64,000 bases of DNA from a virus (taxonomy: Duplodnaviria; Heunggongvirae; Uroviricota; Caudoviricetes), in IMG/VR virus record IMGVR_UViG_3300037455_000543, positions 123,136 to 187,135 of that record; one strand, written 5' to 3'. Positions 53,586 to 63,335 of the stretch are shown one piece after another (the stretch's first letter is position 1; each line of letters opens with the position of its first letter). The notes under the pieces were generated by a model. It searched no databases. It saw only the letters and a list, made by a program, of their open reading frames with translations, and was not told the DNA's origin. Position numbers and translations under genes: made by a program.

Positions 53586-54449
53586 ATGAGAACACTTCAA
53601 TACATAAAAAATCAGTTTGATAATGTTATGAAACCAATGGTTTGGGACAAGACTACTCAGGCTAAATTTATGTATATCATTAAGCATCCGTTAGTCATTA
53701 AAGAAAAGAGCATGATTCCACAATGGAAGTTCTGCACTTCTTCTGGTGACAAGAGATGCACAGATAATATTGGAGTATCTGATATTCTTATTCTTGATTT
53801 TGACGACCCATCATATAGCATTAAGACATTTGAAAACTCATTTAGAGAATTCCGTTATATACTGCATACATCTCATTCATATGATGGCGTTAACCAAAAA
53901 TTTAGAGTCTTCTTGTTCTTAAACGAAGAATATGACTTGAATAGATTATTCTTTAAATGTCATAATACGGCATTCAGTCCATATCATATGCTCGTAAATT
54001 ATTTTGATTGTGTTGATAAAGCAAGTTTTGTAAAAGCACAATTCTTTAAGATGCCAGCAATTACAGAATCAAATAAACCATATTATTACAAGTTTAATAA
54101 TGGTCGTTTATTTAATCCATTTATCGATATAGGTTTCGAAATGAAAATGGCATATGATTACTGTATAGATAAGCAAGAAGAATATCTTAAAGAACTAGAC
54201 CGTGAAAACCAGAAATATCGTTCTAAGTTTGGAAAGATAAATCTTGACAAAGCTAGAGAATATATTGCTGAATGTATTGAAAATACACAGGATGGTGAAA
54301 GACATAATCAGGTATTTTCTCTTGCATGCTGGTGGAAGCGTATAGGCGGAAGTTATGAAGAGTTTGAACAGAACATGCCATCATGGGCAGACAGTTCATA
54401 TAATAAACAGATGAAACGTATTAGACTAGAATGGGCGAAATTAAAATAG
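53586..54449 (+). CDS. archaeo-eukaryotic-type primase (AEP/PrimPol-like) with PriCT-1 C-terminal domain
   Basis: AEP motif ILILDFDD (DxD), HTSHSYDG (sH motif). The C-terminal GERHNQVFSLACWWKRIGGSYEEF matches PriCT_1. Confidence 0.55.
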   Translation: MRTLQYIKNQFDNVMKPMVWDKTTQAKFMYIIKHPLVIKEKSMIPQWKFCTSSGDKRCTDNIGVSDILILDFDDPSYSIKTFENSFREFRYILHTSHSYDGVNQKFRVFLFLNEEYDLNRLFFKCHNTAFSPYHMLVNYFDCVDKASFVKAQFFKMPAITESNKPYYYKFNNGRLFNPFIDIGFEMKMAYDYCIDKQEEYLKELDRENQKYRSKFGKINLDKAREYIAECIENTQDGERHNQVFSLACWWKRIGGSYEEFEQNMPSWADSSYNKQMKRIRLEWAKLK

Positions 54450-54461
54450 TAGAGGTAATAG

Positions 54462-55313
54462 ATGGATATATACGAACAATTATGGACTGCATTTAACGAT
54501 ATATTTTTTGACGAAAAACCTCATAAGTATACTGACTCTGTAGGAACAAACTATACGTCTGTTACTACCTTTGTTGGACAATTTGAAGCTGACAAAGATT
54601 GGGACTTTATAGCTGAACGTTCTGCAATTAAGAAATTGACTGCAGACGGTCTTAATGTAGATTTGTCAAAAATTCGTGATAAGAAACGTAAGGAAGAAGT
54701 CAAGAAGCTTATTACTGAAACGGCACAGAAGTTAAGAGCGGAATGGAAACATTCTGGTGATATTGCATGTAGTCTTGGCACCATGGTTCACGCAGTTGCT
54801 GAACTTGGTTGGCAAAATAAAGAATACTATCCTGATGACAGGGAATTTGAAAAATATCCTGAAATCAAGGAAGACTTTGACTATCGTAAGCAGAAGCTCA
54901 AGAAGATGATGACAGATATGAGAAAGATCTATATGCCTATCAAAAACGAATTAATTGTCTATGATAGAGATTGGGGTCTTTGTGGAACGATTGACTTTTT
55001 AGCCAAAGATATACGTGACGGTTCTTATGCTATTATCGACTGGAAGACAAATAAAAAATGGGAATTTGCAAATAAGTATAATAAACTTAAACCGCCATTT
55101 GATAAGCTGGATGACTGCAATATTTCACATTATGAATTACAGTTGAACATATATAAAGCGATACTTGAAAAACATACTGACATAAAGATTAAAGACTTAG
55201 TTTTAATTCATATTCCACCGAAGGAAACTGGAACAGCTGAAGTGCATAAATGTCAGGACTTACAAAAGATTTTAATTCCTTATTTAAATAAAATGGAGAA
55301 AGATAAAAAATGA
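54462..55313 (+). CDS. PD-(D/E)XK nuclease (RecB/Cas4-like exonuclease fold)
   Basis: GTIDFLAKD...AIIDWKTNKK (D..D/E.K motif) followed by YELQLNIYKAIL (QhxxY motif). Confidence 0.55.
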   Translation: MDIYEQLWTAFNDIFFDEKPHKYTDSVGTNYTSVTTFVGQFEADKDWDFIAERSAIKKLTADGLNVDLSKIRDKKRKEEVKKLITETAQKLRAEWKHSGDIACSLGTMVHAVAELGWQNKEYYPDDREFEKYPEIKEDFDYRKQKLKKMMTDMRKIYMPIKNELIVYDRDWGLCGTIDFLAKDIRDGSYAIIDWKTNKKWEFANKYNKLKPPFDKLDDCNISHYELQLNIYKAILEKHTDIKIKDLVLIHIPPKETGTAEVHKCQDLQKILIPYLNKMEKDKK

Positions 55314-55801
55314 AAGTAGAACAAACTCAATTAACGAACATGCAGATTAAGCAGTTATTCGAGGAATTTAATTCTAAGATTAATGAACCTGGTATTACTG
55401 CTAAATATTCCTGGTGCATGTTTAAGAACTGTGAAGTTCTTGCACAGCCATATAATCTGCTCATGTCGCAGCTTTATGACCAGCGTCGTGAACCTGAATT
55501 CCAGAAGTTCGCAATGGAAAATGACCAGCTTATTAGAGAATTCGCTAAGAAGAATGGTGATCAGATTGTATTTGACGCAAAGAATCAACCTGTCCTTGAC
55601 GAAACCCGTATGGAAGAGTATGCTAAGAAGGTTCAGGAGCTTCGTGAAAAGTATGCTGAATTTTTCAAGAATTCTGATGAAAAGATGAAGGGAAATGCTG
55701 AACTTTTCAATACTCCGGTTCCGGTCATGCTTACTAAGTTGGAAATCACAGAAATTCCAAATGTAGCTAAGCCGTGGGTTGTCGGTCTTATCGGTTATTA
55801 A
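55310..55801 (+). CDS. hypothetical protein (163 aa)
   Basis: ORF. Confidence 0.5.
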   Translation: MKVEQTQLTNMQIKQLFEEFNSKINEPGITAKYSWCMFKNCEVLAQPYNLLMSQLYDQRREPEFQKFAMENDQLIREFAKKNGDQIVFDAKNQPVLDETRMEEYAKKVQELREKYAEFFKNSDEKMKGNAELFNTPVPVMLTKLEITEIPNVAKPWVVGLIGY

Positions 55802-55823
55802 TTTTAAGCGATATTTCAAATTT

Positions 55824-55849
55824 AGCCGGGTTTTTAACCCGGTTTTTTG
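55824..55849 (+). terminator. rho-independent terminator
   Basis: CCGGGTT-TTTA-ACCCGG followed by TTTTTTG. Confidence 0.5.
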
Positions 55850-55850
55850 T

Positions 55851-55858
55851 TATAAATA
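55851..55858 (+). promoter_or_regulatory. T4-late-like TATAAATA box
   Basis: GTTATAAATATATAAATG; the ATG at 55864 is 5 nt downstream. Confidence 0.4.
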
Positions 55859-55863
55859 TATAA

Positions 55864-56658
55864 ATGATTAGTAATAAAGATATTTTTAATGTCAACAAGG
55901 TTGTAATGCCATTTAGCAGCAAGGATATAGATTCGATTATATCCAAAAGTGTTATTACTGGCTATATTGCTACTACCTATGATATGTTGGTTGACAAGTT
56001 AAAGGAAATTGCGAAGGCTACGCAATATCCAGTTACGTTGAATCCTAATGCAATTTATTTAGGTTCCAATAATCCGTTAACTAAAAACAATGTCCTTATT
56101 CAGGTAGAAGGAACTCAATTATATACTGAGTTTATCAATACGATTGTTAAGACTGGTGAAAATGAAAGCTGGTCTAACTTTATGACTTATTCCGAGTTAT
56201 TAAAAGACGAAATTAAGAGCCTTAAAATAACAGCATATAAAAAGTTCTTATGGAATTACCATAATATTGATGCTTGGTTCACAGCAAAAAATATAGGTCT
56301 AATCACGAATGACAAGAATATTCTTTTAACTGATTTCGATTCATTTAAAACGAGAGTTCTTATGACAGATGACTTTGCTGGGTTTGTTGATTGTTGCGTC
56401 GATGAGGATGTCAGAAATGCGATTAACTTTATAGTCAAGCATGGTTGCGAATTGTTAAGAAAATATAAAGTTGAACTTAATAACCATATTGCCAATGACA
56501 ATAAGCGTCAAGAAACAATTATGCTTAAGAATCCAATCATTACCAAGATTTATTTGCAGTCAACTGTAGCAAATCAATGTAAGAAAGATTGGCCTAAAAT
56601 TAAGTTCAATACATTGGATAAAAAATCATTTGATACAATAGGACTCTGGGACGTATAG
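55864..56658 (+). CDS. hypothetical protein (264 aa), probably virion-associated (late promoter)
   Basis: ORF behind a TATAAATA box. Confidence 0.45.
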   Translation: MISNKDIFNVNKVVMPFSSKDIDSIISKSVITGYIATTYDMLVDKLKEIAKATQYPVTLNPNAIYLGSNNPLTKNNVLIQVEGTQLYTEFINTIVKTGENESWSNFMTYSELLKDEIKSLKITAYKKFLWNYHNIDAWFTAKNIGLITNDKNILLTDFDSFKTRVLMTDDFAGFVDCCVDEDVRNAINFIVKHGCELLRKYKVELNNHIANDNKRQETIMLKNPIITKIYLQSTVANQCKKDWPKIKFNTLDKKSFDTIGLWDV

Positions 56659-56659
56659 T

Positions 56660-58051
56660 ATGGCAATAAAAGTAACAAACATTGTTAATATAAAAAATAC
56701 TGTCAGACTCTTTGATTCGATCCAAGAAGATTTAAATCGTGCTGAAAACTGGTATTTTAAATATACTGCATTAAATAATGATACACCAAAACCACGAGAT
56801 TTGTTGGTATATGGTGGCACATACAATTCTAATAAAGCTGATTATGCTGATGACGTTATATTCTTTGATTCAAAACCAGCTACTGCTCATATATCGTCCA
56901 GTGTTGAAAATATTATAGTCAATTTAATACCACCAGAACTTAATGGTGTAGATATTACTTCTACTATAGTTTCAATGTTCGATAATCTTGACTTCAAGGC
57001 AAAAGTAACGGTTAAGTCTGAAGTTCTACTTGATCTATGTGAAATCGGCATTGAAACGGTTGACACATTAGATGCTGATGGCAATGATACCGAAAATATT
57101 AATGTATTAAAAGCAAGCAGATATAATAAAGGTGTTCCAGGCGATGAAACTGGCAATGAACCTTATGCTATTATTAATTATATAAAAAATTTAAAAGTAA
57201 ACCGTAATGGTAACTTATATACTTTTACTTTTGATTTAGACCATGAATATTTTGGTTCAGATGAATGTTCTGAAAACAAATTTAAATTTACATTTTTTGA
57301 TATTTCTGGTAATAAATTAGAAGTTACTACTGAAGACTCTTATAAATGGAAAGTAATAAAGGTAGAACCAACAGAAGATAATATAAAACATCTTATTATT
57401 GAATTTGTTGAAGTATATCCAGAAAATAGAGTTCTTAACAACCACATAATTGGCCATACAAAAGTTAAAGTTTATAATCCGAATAAAGAATTATGGGACT
57501 TTATACCACATGTAGAACTTGGTGAAAGCAGTATTGGAGTAATAGATAGACATACGCTAACTTATGATAAATCAACTGGTACATTGACATTTATTATAAA
57601 CAATATAAATCGACGTGGTAATGTAATTGTCGATGCATGGATTGATTTATCTAAAGAAAGTCCAGATATTGCAGCATTAATTAAATCTCTTACATTTGCT
57701 GAAGCAATATTAAAAGATTTTATTGTTCAAGATGAAGGCAGACTTTATAAATTTAAGCCATATATTCCTAAATATATGTCTGACGATAAGTATGGCGCAT
57801 TTGTGTTATTTACTGAGCTGTTCTTGAATACATCACAAGAAAGTTTAAATAATGGTAATGCAATTAGTACTCTTGAAAAAATTGCCCGTATAAATAATTT
57901 TAATGATATTGATAGAATTGAAAATCCATTAGTTCAATATTATCAGTCTCAATTTAATTTTGAAATTAAACCTAATTTTAATGACTTAGTGACTTTCATG
58001 ACACATAAGCAAGATATTAAAAAAGGTCAGGATGAAAAGAAGGATGCATAA
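56660..58051 (+). CDS. hypothetical structural protein (463 aa)
   Basis: ORF, coupled. Confidence 0.45.
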   Translation: MAIKVTNIVNIKNTVRLFDSIQEDLNRAENWYFKYTALNNDTPKPRDLLVYGGTYNSNKADYADDVIFFDSKPATAHISSSVENIIVNLIPPELNGVDITSTIVSMFDNLDFKAKVTVKSEVLLDLCEIGIETVDTLDADGNDTENINVLKASRYNKGVPGDETGNEPYAIINYIKNLKVNRNGNLYTFTFDLDHEYFGSDECSENKFKFTFFDISGNKLEVTTEDSYKWKVIKVEPTEDNIKHLIIEFVEVYPENRVLNNHIIGHTKVKVYNPNKELWDFIPHVELGESSIGVIDRHTLTYDKSTGTLTFIINNINRRGNVIVDAWIDLSKESPDIAALIKSLTFAEAILKDFIVQDEGRLYKFKPYIPKYMSDDKYGAFVLFTELFLNTSQESLNNGNAISTLEKIARINNFNDIDRIENPLVQYYQSQFNFEIKPNFNDLVTFMTHKQDIKKGQDEKKDA

Positions 58052-59208
58052 TGGTATATAATGAAGATATAAAAGAACAAGCTATTGCCCTTATAAAATA
58101 TCTTTATAAGAATATGCCAACATATAACCAGATAAAAGGAACATATATTGGTATTCAATATGTTCTTAATATGCTTGGCCTTTGTACATCAATTACAGAA
58201 ATCTGGTCTGATAGGGCGCAAGAAACATTAAAGAATTTTGCAGAAAGTTCTGATCATTTATTTAGAGCTGAAGAATTAAATGACCTTAGAGAAAATATTG
58301 CTGAACTTGCAAATTCATCTTATAGTGGAAATGCTCAAATTAAAAATTTCTTTTTAACATCTCGTTTTGATATTGATTTAGTCAATACCAAATATCAAAC
58401 ATTTAAAAGTTTTAATGAACAGGCTGCAGCTATTATTCAAGTTGTAAATCAAATTAAGCCAGTCACTCGTGCATTAAGAAAATTATACTATATAATTAGA
58501 ATTACAACCGAATTATCAGTTCAAAATATTTCACTTACTGATGAAAACCCGTGCCGTATTCATGCCTATACATATACATGGAATATTGATTCAGAAGCAT
58601 CAAAGGCAAAGACGATTTTTGACCCAGTAACAGTACAATTATCACAGCTATATTTACCATTTGTATCAAATATAAATAATGCACTATATTTAGGCTATTA
58701 CGAAAGACCTGATAATAGTAAAATTTTTGAATGGCATGAGGTTGGATTTCCAAAATATACATCTCAATGCACTAATTTTACATTAACCAATCTAGGCTAT
58801 AAATTTAAAGTTTCAAACCAAAATACATTTACTTTTGCTTTTGTTTCCAGTGGAAAATACTTCTATTATACATATCCTATTGGCACTGAAGATGGTATTG
58901 ATCTAGAAACTGATGCTTATGGTATTATTATAAGATTTAATGGAACGTCTAAGACTGTAATACAACAGCTAATTGATTCATTACATAGAACTGAACCAAT
59001 TACATCACTATATGATATTAATTTTCAGGTTAAAAGCTATTTTAATTTAGTTCCTGAAACAAATTATCTATATCAGGACCCTGATAGATATGACTTTGGA
59101 TTTACTGGATTAATATTTGAGAATGATTCTGAAAACACGAATATTATTGTTCCTGAATCAGATGTTACATCAAATCCGACAAATATATTTGTATCAGAAG
59201 AAATATAA
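58051..59208 (+). CDS. hypothetical structural protein (385 aa)
   Basis: ORF, ATGA-coupled. Confidence 0.45.
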   Translation: MVYNEDIKEQAIALIKYLYKNMPTYNQIKGTYIGIQYVLNMLGLCTSITEIWSDRAQETLKNFAESSDHLFRAEELNDLRENIAELANSSYSGNAQIKNFFLTSRFDIDLVNTKYQTFKSFNEQAAAIIQVVNQIKPVTRALRKLYYIIRITTELSVQNISLTDENPCRIHAYTYTWNIDSEASKAKTIFDPVTVQLSQLYLPFVSNINNALYLGYYERPDNSKIFEWHEVGFPKYTSQCTNFTLTNLGYKFKVSNQNTFTFAFVSSGKYFYYTYPIGTEDGIDLETDAYGIIIRFNGTSKTVIQQLIDSLHRTEPITSLYDINFQVKSYFNLVPETNYLYQDPDRYDFGFTGLIFENDSENTNIIVPESDVTSNPTNIFVSEEI

Positions 59209-59232
59209 AAATAAAAACCGCAATTGCGGTTT
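59209..59232. terminator. bidirectional terminator
   Basis: AAAAACCGCAATTGCGGTTTTT is a perfect palindrome. Confidence 0.5.
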
Positions 59233-59685
59233 TTATTTTAATTCATATCCAACTAAACCATCTATATACCGAGGATTTGGCATATGCCTACAATGACAAT
59301 CTTCTGTATTAAAATTAACACTTAAATAATCTTTTAATGATAACAAACATGCAGAACAAATTACATGATTATAGTCTGCCTTTGTTCGTATGCATAATGT
59401 TTCATTCGGTTTGATTTCATTAAGCATTATTTCAATCGCATTTTCAGGTATAACACAATCGGAATCTAACATAAAAATATAATCATATGTTATCAAATAT
59501 AAATTATTTTTTATTAACTGCTGTGTTATAGCCCTATTAATATTAATAGATATTGTTTTATTACGTGGAAAATCTGGTGCCCTATCATTGACCCATATTG
59601 GATAGTTAATAATTGGTTTTAAAACCTCAGGTTTTAAGATAGTCGTCGGTGTTTTATCAATAACTACTAATACTTTATAATACAT
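59233..59685 (-). CDS. small glycosyltransferase-like protein (DxD: FMLDSDCVIPE)
   Basis: 150 aa with a GT2-like DSD motif. Weak. Confidence 0.3.
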   Translation of the reverse strand: MYYKVLVVIDKTPTTILKPEVLKPIINYPIWVNDRAPDFPRNKTISININRAITQQLIKNNLYLITYDYIFMLDSDCVIPENAIEIMLNEIKPNETLCIRTKADYNHVICSACLLSLKDYLSVNFNTEDCHCRHMPNPRYIDGLVGYELK

Positions 59686-59687
59686 TA

Positions 59688-60755
59688 TTAATCACCTACA
59701 CGTAATTGATATAGAGCAAGTACACCTGGATATGCATCTTGCCACATACCACAATTAACAAGCGGTGTAAATTCCCATCCATAACCAATAGCGGTTATTT
59801 TAAATATACAGTAATTATCATCAAGTAAATCATCAGACGATTCACTACAAGAATCTTTGTTCGTGTAAATTTCAACAAAGCGTTCTACGCCGTCATTTAC
59901 ACTTGGTAATACTATTTTATTAGGTACCGGAAAGTTGCTCCACGCTGGCGAATCATGAGATGCATGTAAAAAATTATCCAAATTTGTGCCATGAGTCAAT
60001 CTAATTAAAAATTCACTTCTTAATTTGACCTGCTCACTTGTAGGCGGATCAAGTATTAAATGATTGTTAGAATTATTATCTGCATCCCACTCAAAAGCAC
60101 CAAAACTAGCTGTACCTACAGCTTTATTATTTACATTAATCGGTAAACCTAACCTTCCATTATTAGATAATTTATAAAATTTTAATGTGCCACTATCTGT
60201 ACTAGTAATAGCGGATTCTGGATTTCTACTATATAAATTATGATAAGTAATATTCGCAAAAATTTCTACAGAATCACCTACTTTTAATTCTAATACATAA
60301 ATAGCATTACCATATAAATCAGTGGTATCAATATATTCAAAAGTATATCTGTGTTTTTGTGCACGACCATATGTATCTATACAGACAAGCCTAAATGTAT
60401 AAACCGGTTCATTATAATTATCAAAAATAGGTAATGTATGATCGTCTGTTACTTTTGCAACAATAGTATAGCCATGTTCTACTAAACCGTCTAAAACATC
60501 AATCGCTTCAGAACCAGAAATTTCAGCACCGCCTTCATCATATACTTTTAATCTGGCGCCTTGTTCATTTGCACGATTTACTGTAAGTGTATAAACATTT
60601 GAACCAGTATTTTCTGGAATTTTAAAATCTCCAATCGGAATTTTATAATTATCTTCTCCACTTTTAAACGCCGCAACATAGGTAGCTTCATCATCTATAA
60701 TAGTCTCAAGATTCTTTTCTTTACCTTCTGATAATTTTGCATAAGATACTGCCAT
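59688..60755 (-). CDS. hypothetical virion structural protein (355 aa)
   Basis: ORF in the late operon. Confidence 0.4.
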   Translation of the reverse strand: MAVSYAKLSEGKEKNLETIIDDEATYVAAFKSGEDNYKIPIGDFKIPENTGSNVYTLTVNRANEQGARLKVYDEGGAEISGSEAIDVLDGLVEHGYTIVAKVTDDHTLPIFDNYNEPVYTFRLVCIDTYGRAQKHRYTFEYIDTTDLYGNAIYVLELKVGDSVEIFANITYHNLYSRNPESAITSTDSGTLKFYKLSNNGRLGLPINVNNKAVGTASFGAFEWDADNNSNNHLILDPPTSEQVKLRSEFLIRLTHGTNLDNFLHASHDSPAWSNFPVPNKIVLPSVNDGVERFVEIYTNKDSCSESSDDLLDDNYCIFKITAIGYGWEFTPLVNCGMWQDAYPGVLALYQLRVGD

Positions 60756-60771
60756 AAAAATTTCCTTTCTT

Positions 60772-62244
60772 TTATCCGTTTATAAACTTTGGAATGTTAA
60801 ACTTACTACCAATAAATGTTGTTTCTACTTTCTTTCCGCCTTCGGTCGAAGAAACATTATAAACAAAATCTGTTCCCATGATTTTCTGTTCTTCTAATGT
60901 AGGGCTAAATGTACCTTCTTCAAAATAAGTAGTATAATAGGCTGAATAAGGTTTACCATATTCATCTACCATTTCCTTATATCCAAATGTTACAGTGTCA
61001 TCTGTAAATGTGTTGATACCAGACATCGACTGATAGAACTTCTGTGTAAGATATTCACCAGAATATGCAGTAACCATAATCTTATCTACATATTTGTCCT
61101 GTGCCGCATCATACACAAATTCAGGAATAGGAGTATATACGCCATTTTTTATTTCATACTTTTCATAATAATTATTTCTTTCATTTGCTGGCAAAGCACT
61201 AGGAATTAATGGCGCAGCACTTGAATAGAATCTGGACGATACAGAACTTAATTGCATTGCATCAGCATCATAAGTAGTCAATTCATCAGTCTTTTCATAA
61301 TTATAAACTGTGAAATGTGTTAATGGATTTCCAGATTCATCATAGGTATGAGTAGTCGTAGGATTTCCTACAAGTCTATAAACGTTACCGACTTTGGTAT
61401 TATAAATCTGACCAAAATCATATCTATGATCTAAGCTACCATCCTTATTTCCGAATGTAGCTGCATGATAAAGAAGTCTATCATTACCGGTAGATACAAA
61501 AGTATTAATACATTCGATAATACGTGCATCTTTAATGGGTTTATATAAAACCGCTTCCATAGTAAACGAGAAAGATACTGTAATTTTTCTCCAGTCTTCT
61601 TCACCCATGCTATCGGAATCGATTGTCCAGTTTATAGATTCAAGTTTTAACTTGATGCTTCTACGCTTATTGAAAAACCAAAATTCTTTTACGTCAAAGA
61701 ATGCTGCTGGTTGGAATCTTACTGCAACTTGTTCTACAATCTGTTGTGCGTCAGACATTTTCTCACAGTTAGCTTCCATTGATACTGTAAAATTATATGG
61801 AACTGGTTGGACATCAGACCAGAACTGTTCTTGCATCGCGCCTCTGATACCAGCATTTTCTAAGTCAGTTTCATAAAATGCTCTTTGTTCATAGATACCT
61901 TTTGCACGTTCAGTTGCGAACTGCATGGAATCAAGCCTATAAGTCAAGTTAGGCAAAGAAATATAATATTTCTTACCAGACTCTTCTTCAGTTCTAAAGT
62001 CATGAGACTTAGCTCTTGGACCGAACTTGATAGGCACATTGATTGTCTTTACAGGTTCACCATTCTTATTAAAGCGAACAACGCTTAAGTCATTAAAGAA
62101 ATTACCGAACCCGATAAACAATGAACGCATTGTATCTGCGAAATAATAATTATTAGGATAACCGTAATTCGGTGCGTTATCTATAGTGCCACGCCAATAA
62201 CCATTTACTGACGGATCATAATCTGTTTGTTTGTAATTTGCCAT
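60772..62244 (-). CDS. hypothetical virion structural protein (490 aa)
   Basis: ORF with a TATAAATA box immediately upstream (62249-62256, minus). Confidence 0.4.
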   Translation of the reverse strand: MANYKQTDYDPSVNGYWRGTIDNAPNYGYPNNYYFADTMRSLFIGFGNFFNDLSVVRFNKNGEPVKTINVPIKFGPRAKSHDFRTEEESGKKYYISLPNLTYRLDSMQFATERAKGIYEQRAFYETDLENAGIRGAMQEQFWSDVQPVPYNFTVSMEANCEKMSDAQQIVEQVAVRFQPAAFFDVKEFWFFNKRRSIKLKLESINWTIDSDSMGEEDWRKITVSFSFTMEAVLYKPIKDARIIECINTFVSTGNDRLLYHAATFGNKDGSLDHRYDFGQIYNTKVGNVYRLVGNPTTTHTYDESGNPLTHFTVYNYEKTDELTTYDADAMQLSSVSSRFYSSAAPLIPSALPANERNNYYEKYEIKNGVYTPIPEFVYDAAQDKYVDKIMVTAYSGEYLTQKFYQSMSGINTFTDDTVTFGYKEMVDEYGKPYSAYYTTYFEEGTFSPTLEEQKIMGTDFVYNVSSTEGGKKVETTFIGSKFNIPKFING

Positions 62245-62248
62245 ACAT

Positions 62249-62285
62249 TATTTATAATATAAAAAGAAAATCCAAATTATAAATA
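62249..62285. promoter_or_regulatory. divergent late promoters: TATAAATA on the minus strand (62249-62256) and the plus strand (62278-62285)
   Basis: The minus strand reads TATAAATAATGTATGGCAAAT. The plus-strand TATAAATATATAG is 39 nt before the terminase ATG. Confidence 0.4.
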
Positions 62286-62324
62286 TATAGTATAATCTAG
62301 CTAACTATCTGTGAGAATCTATAT

Positions 62325-63245
62325 ATGTGGATGAAAACCGCCGAGCTTCGCGGCCATAACGAAGAAGTTGAAATTACAAAAGAGCAAATGGATGAATATA
62401 TCAAATGCTCACGTGATATATTTCATTTCGCTGATTATTTTTATATCTTGACTGATGATGGTGAAGCACCTATCAAACTAAGAGAATACCAAGAGCGTAT
62501 TGTAAAAATGCTTATCGGTAAGTATTATGACAAAGAGGGTGTTATTCGTAATAACAGAATATGTATGATGGGTCGTCAGTGTGGTAAAACTACGATTGCT
62601 ACACTTTATATTCTATGGTATGCATTATTTAATAAAGATAAAACTATTGCGGTACTTGCTAACAAGGAAGACCAAGCAAAAGAAATTATGCTCAGAATAC
62701 GTTCTGCTATTCTTAAACTTCCTTTATGGATGCAGCAAGGCATTAATCCTGACCGAGGTGGCTGGTCAAAAGAAAGTATAGGTTTCGATAACGGAACTAA
62801 GATATTCTGCGCCGCTTCTGGTTCATCTGCTATTCGTGGTAAGTCCGTTGACCTTATGCTTGTGGACGAATTTGCGTTCTTGCCGGAAGAAGATGCTAAG
62901 GACTTTATTAAGTCTGTGTTCCCGACTCAATCTGCTAGAAAAGATGCTATGATGATTCTTATCTCTACTCCTCACGGTATGAATGAGTTCTATAACATCT
63001 GGACTAAGGCTGCTGCTGGTATTTCCAGTTACGTTGCAGCAAAAATTCAATGGTGGGAAATTCCAGGAAGAGATGAAGCATGGAAGAAACGTATTATTCG
63101 TGACTTCGGTATTCAGATGTTCCAACAAGAATATGCCTGTCTTTTAGGCGATGAAAAGATAACCGTAAGGTCAGAAGAAGGCATAGAATTGACCGATACG
63201 ATAGAAAATCTGTATGAACTTTATATGGACGGATTCCTCCGTTAG
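62325..63245 (+). CDS. terminase large subunit, ATPase domain only (T4 gp17-like)
   Basis: LREYQERIVKML (Q/adenine motif) and MMGRQCGKTT Walker A (T4 SRQLGKTT). TIAVLANKEDQAKEIMLRIRSAILKLP aligns to T4 AVGILAHKGSMSAEVLDRTKQAIELLP. LMLVDEFAF is Walker B, and ISTPHGMNEFYNIWT aligns to TTTPNGLNHFYDIWT. The ORF ends at 306 aa, near the ATPase/nuclease boundary. Confidence 0.8.
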   Translation: MWMKTAELRGHNEEVEITKEQMDEYIKCSRDIFHFADYFYILTDDGEAPIKLREYQERIVKMLIGKYYDKEGVIRNNRICMMGRQCGKTTIATLYILWYALFNKDKTIAVLANKEDQAKEIMLRIRSAILKLPLWMQQGINPDRGGWSKESIGFDNGTKIFCAASGSSAIRGKSVDLMLVDEFAFLPEEDAKDFIKSVFPTQSARKDAMMILISTPHGMNEFYNIWTKAAAGISSYVAAKIQWWEIPGRDEAWKKRIIRDFGIQMFQQEYACLLGDEKITVRSEEGIELTDTIENLYELYMDGFLR

Positions 63246-63335
63246 CTAAAGTTGCAAAAAACCAGAAAATCTCTTCATAAATAAAATAGGTGTGTGGAAT
63301 AAATCCATGCATAGGAAAATTTAAGGAGAAATACT

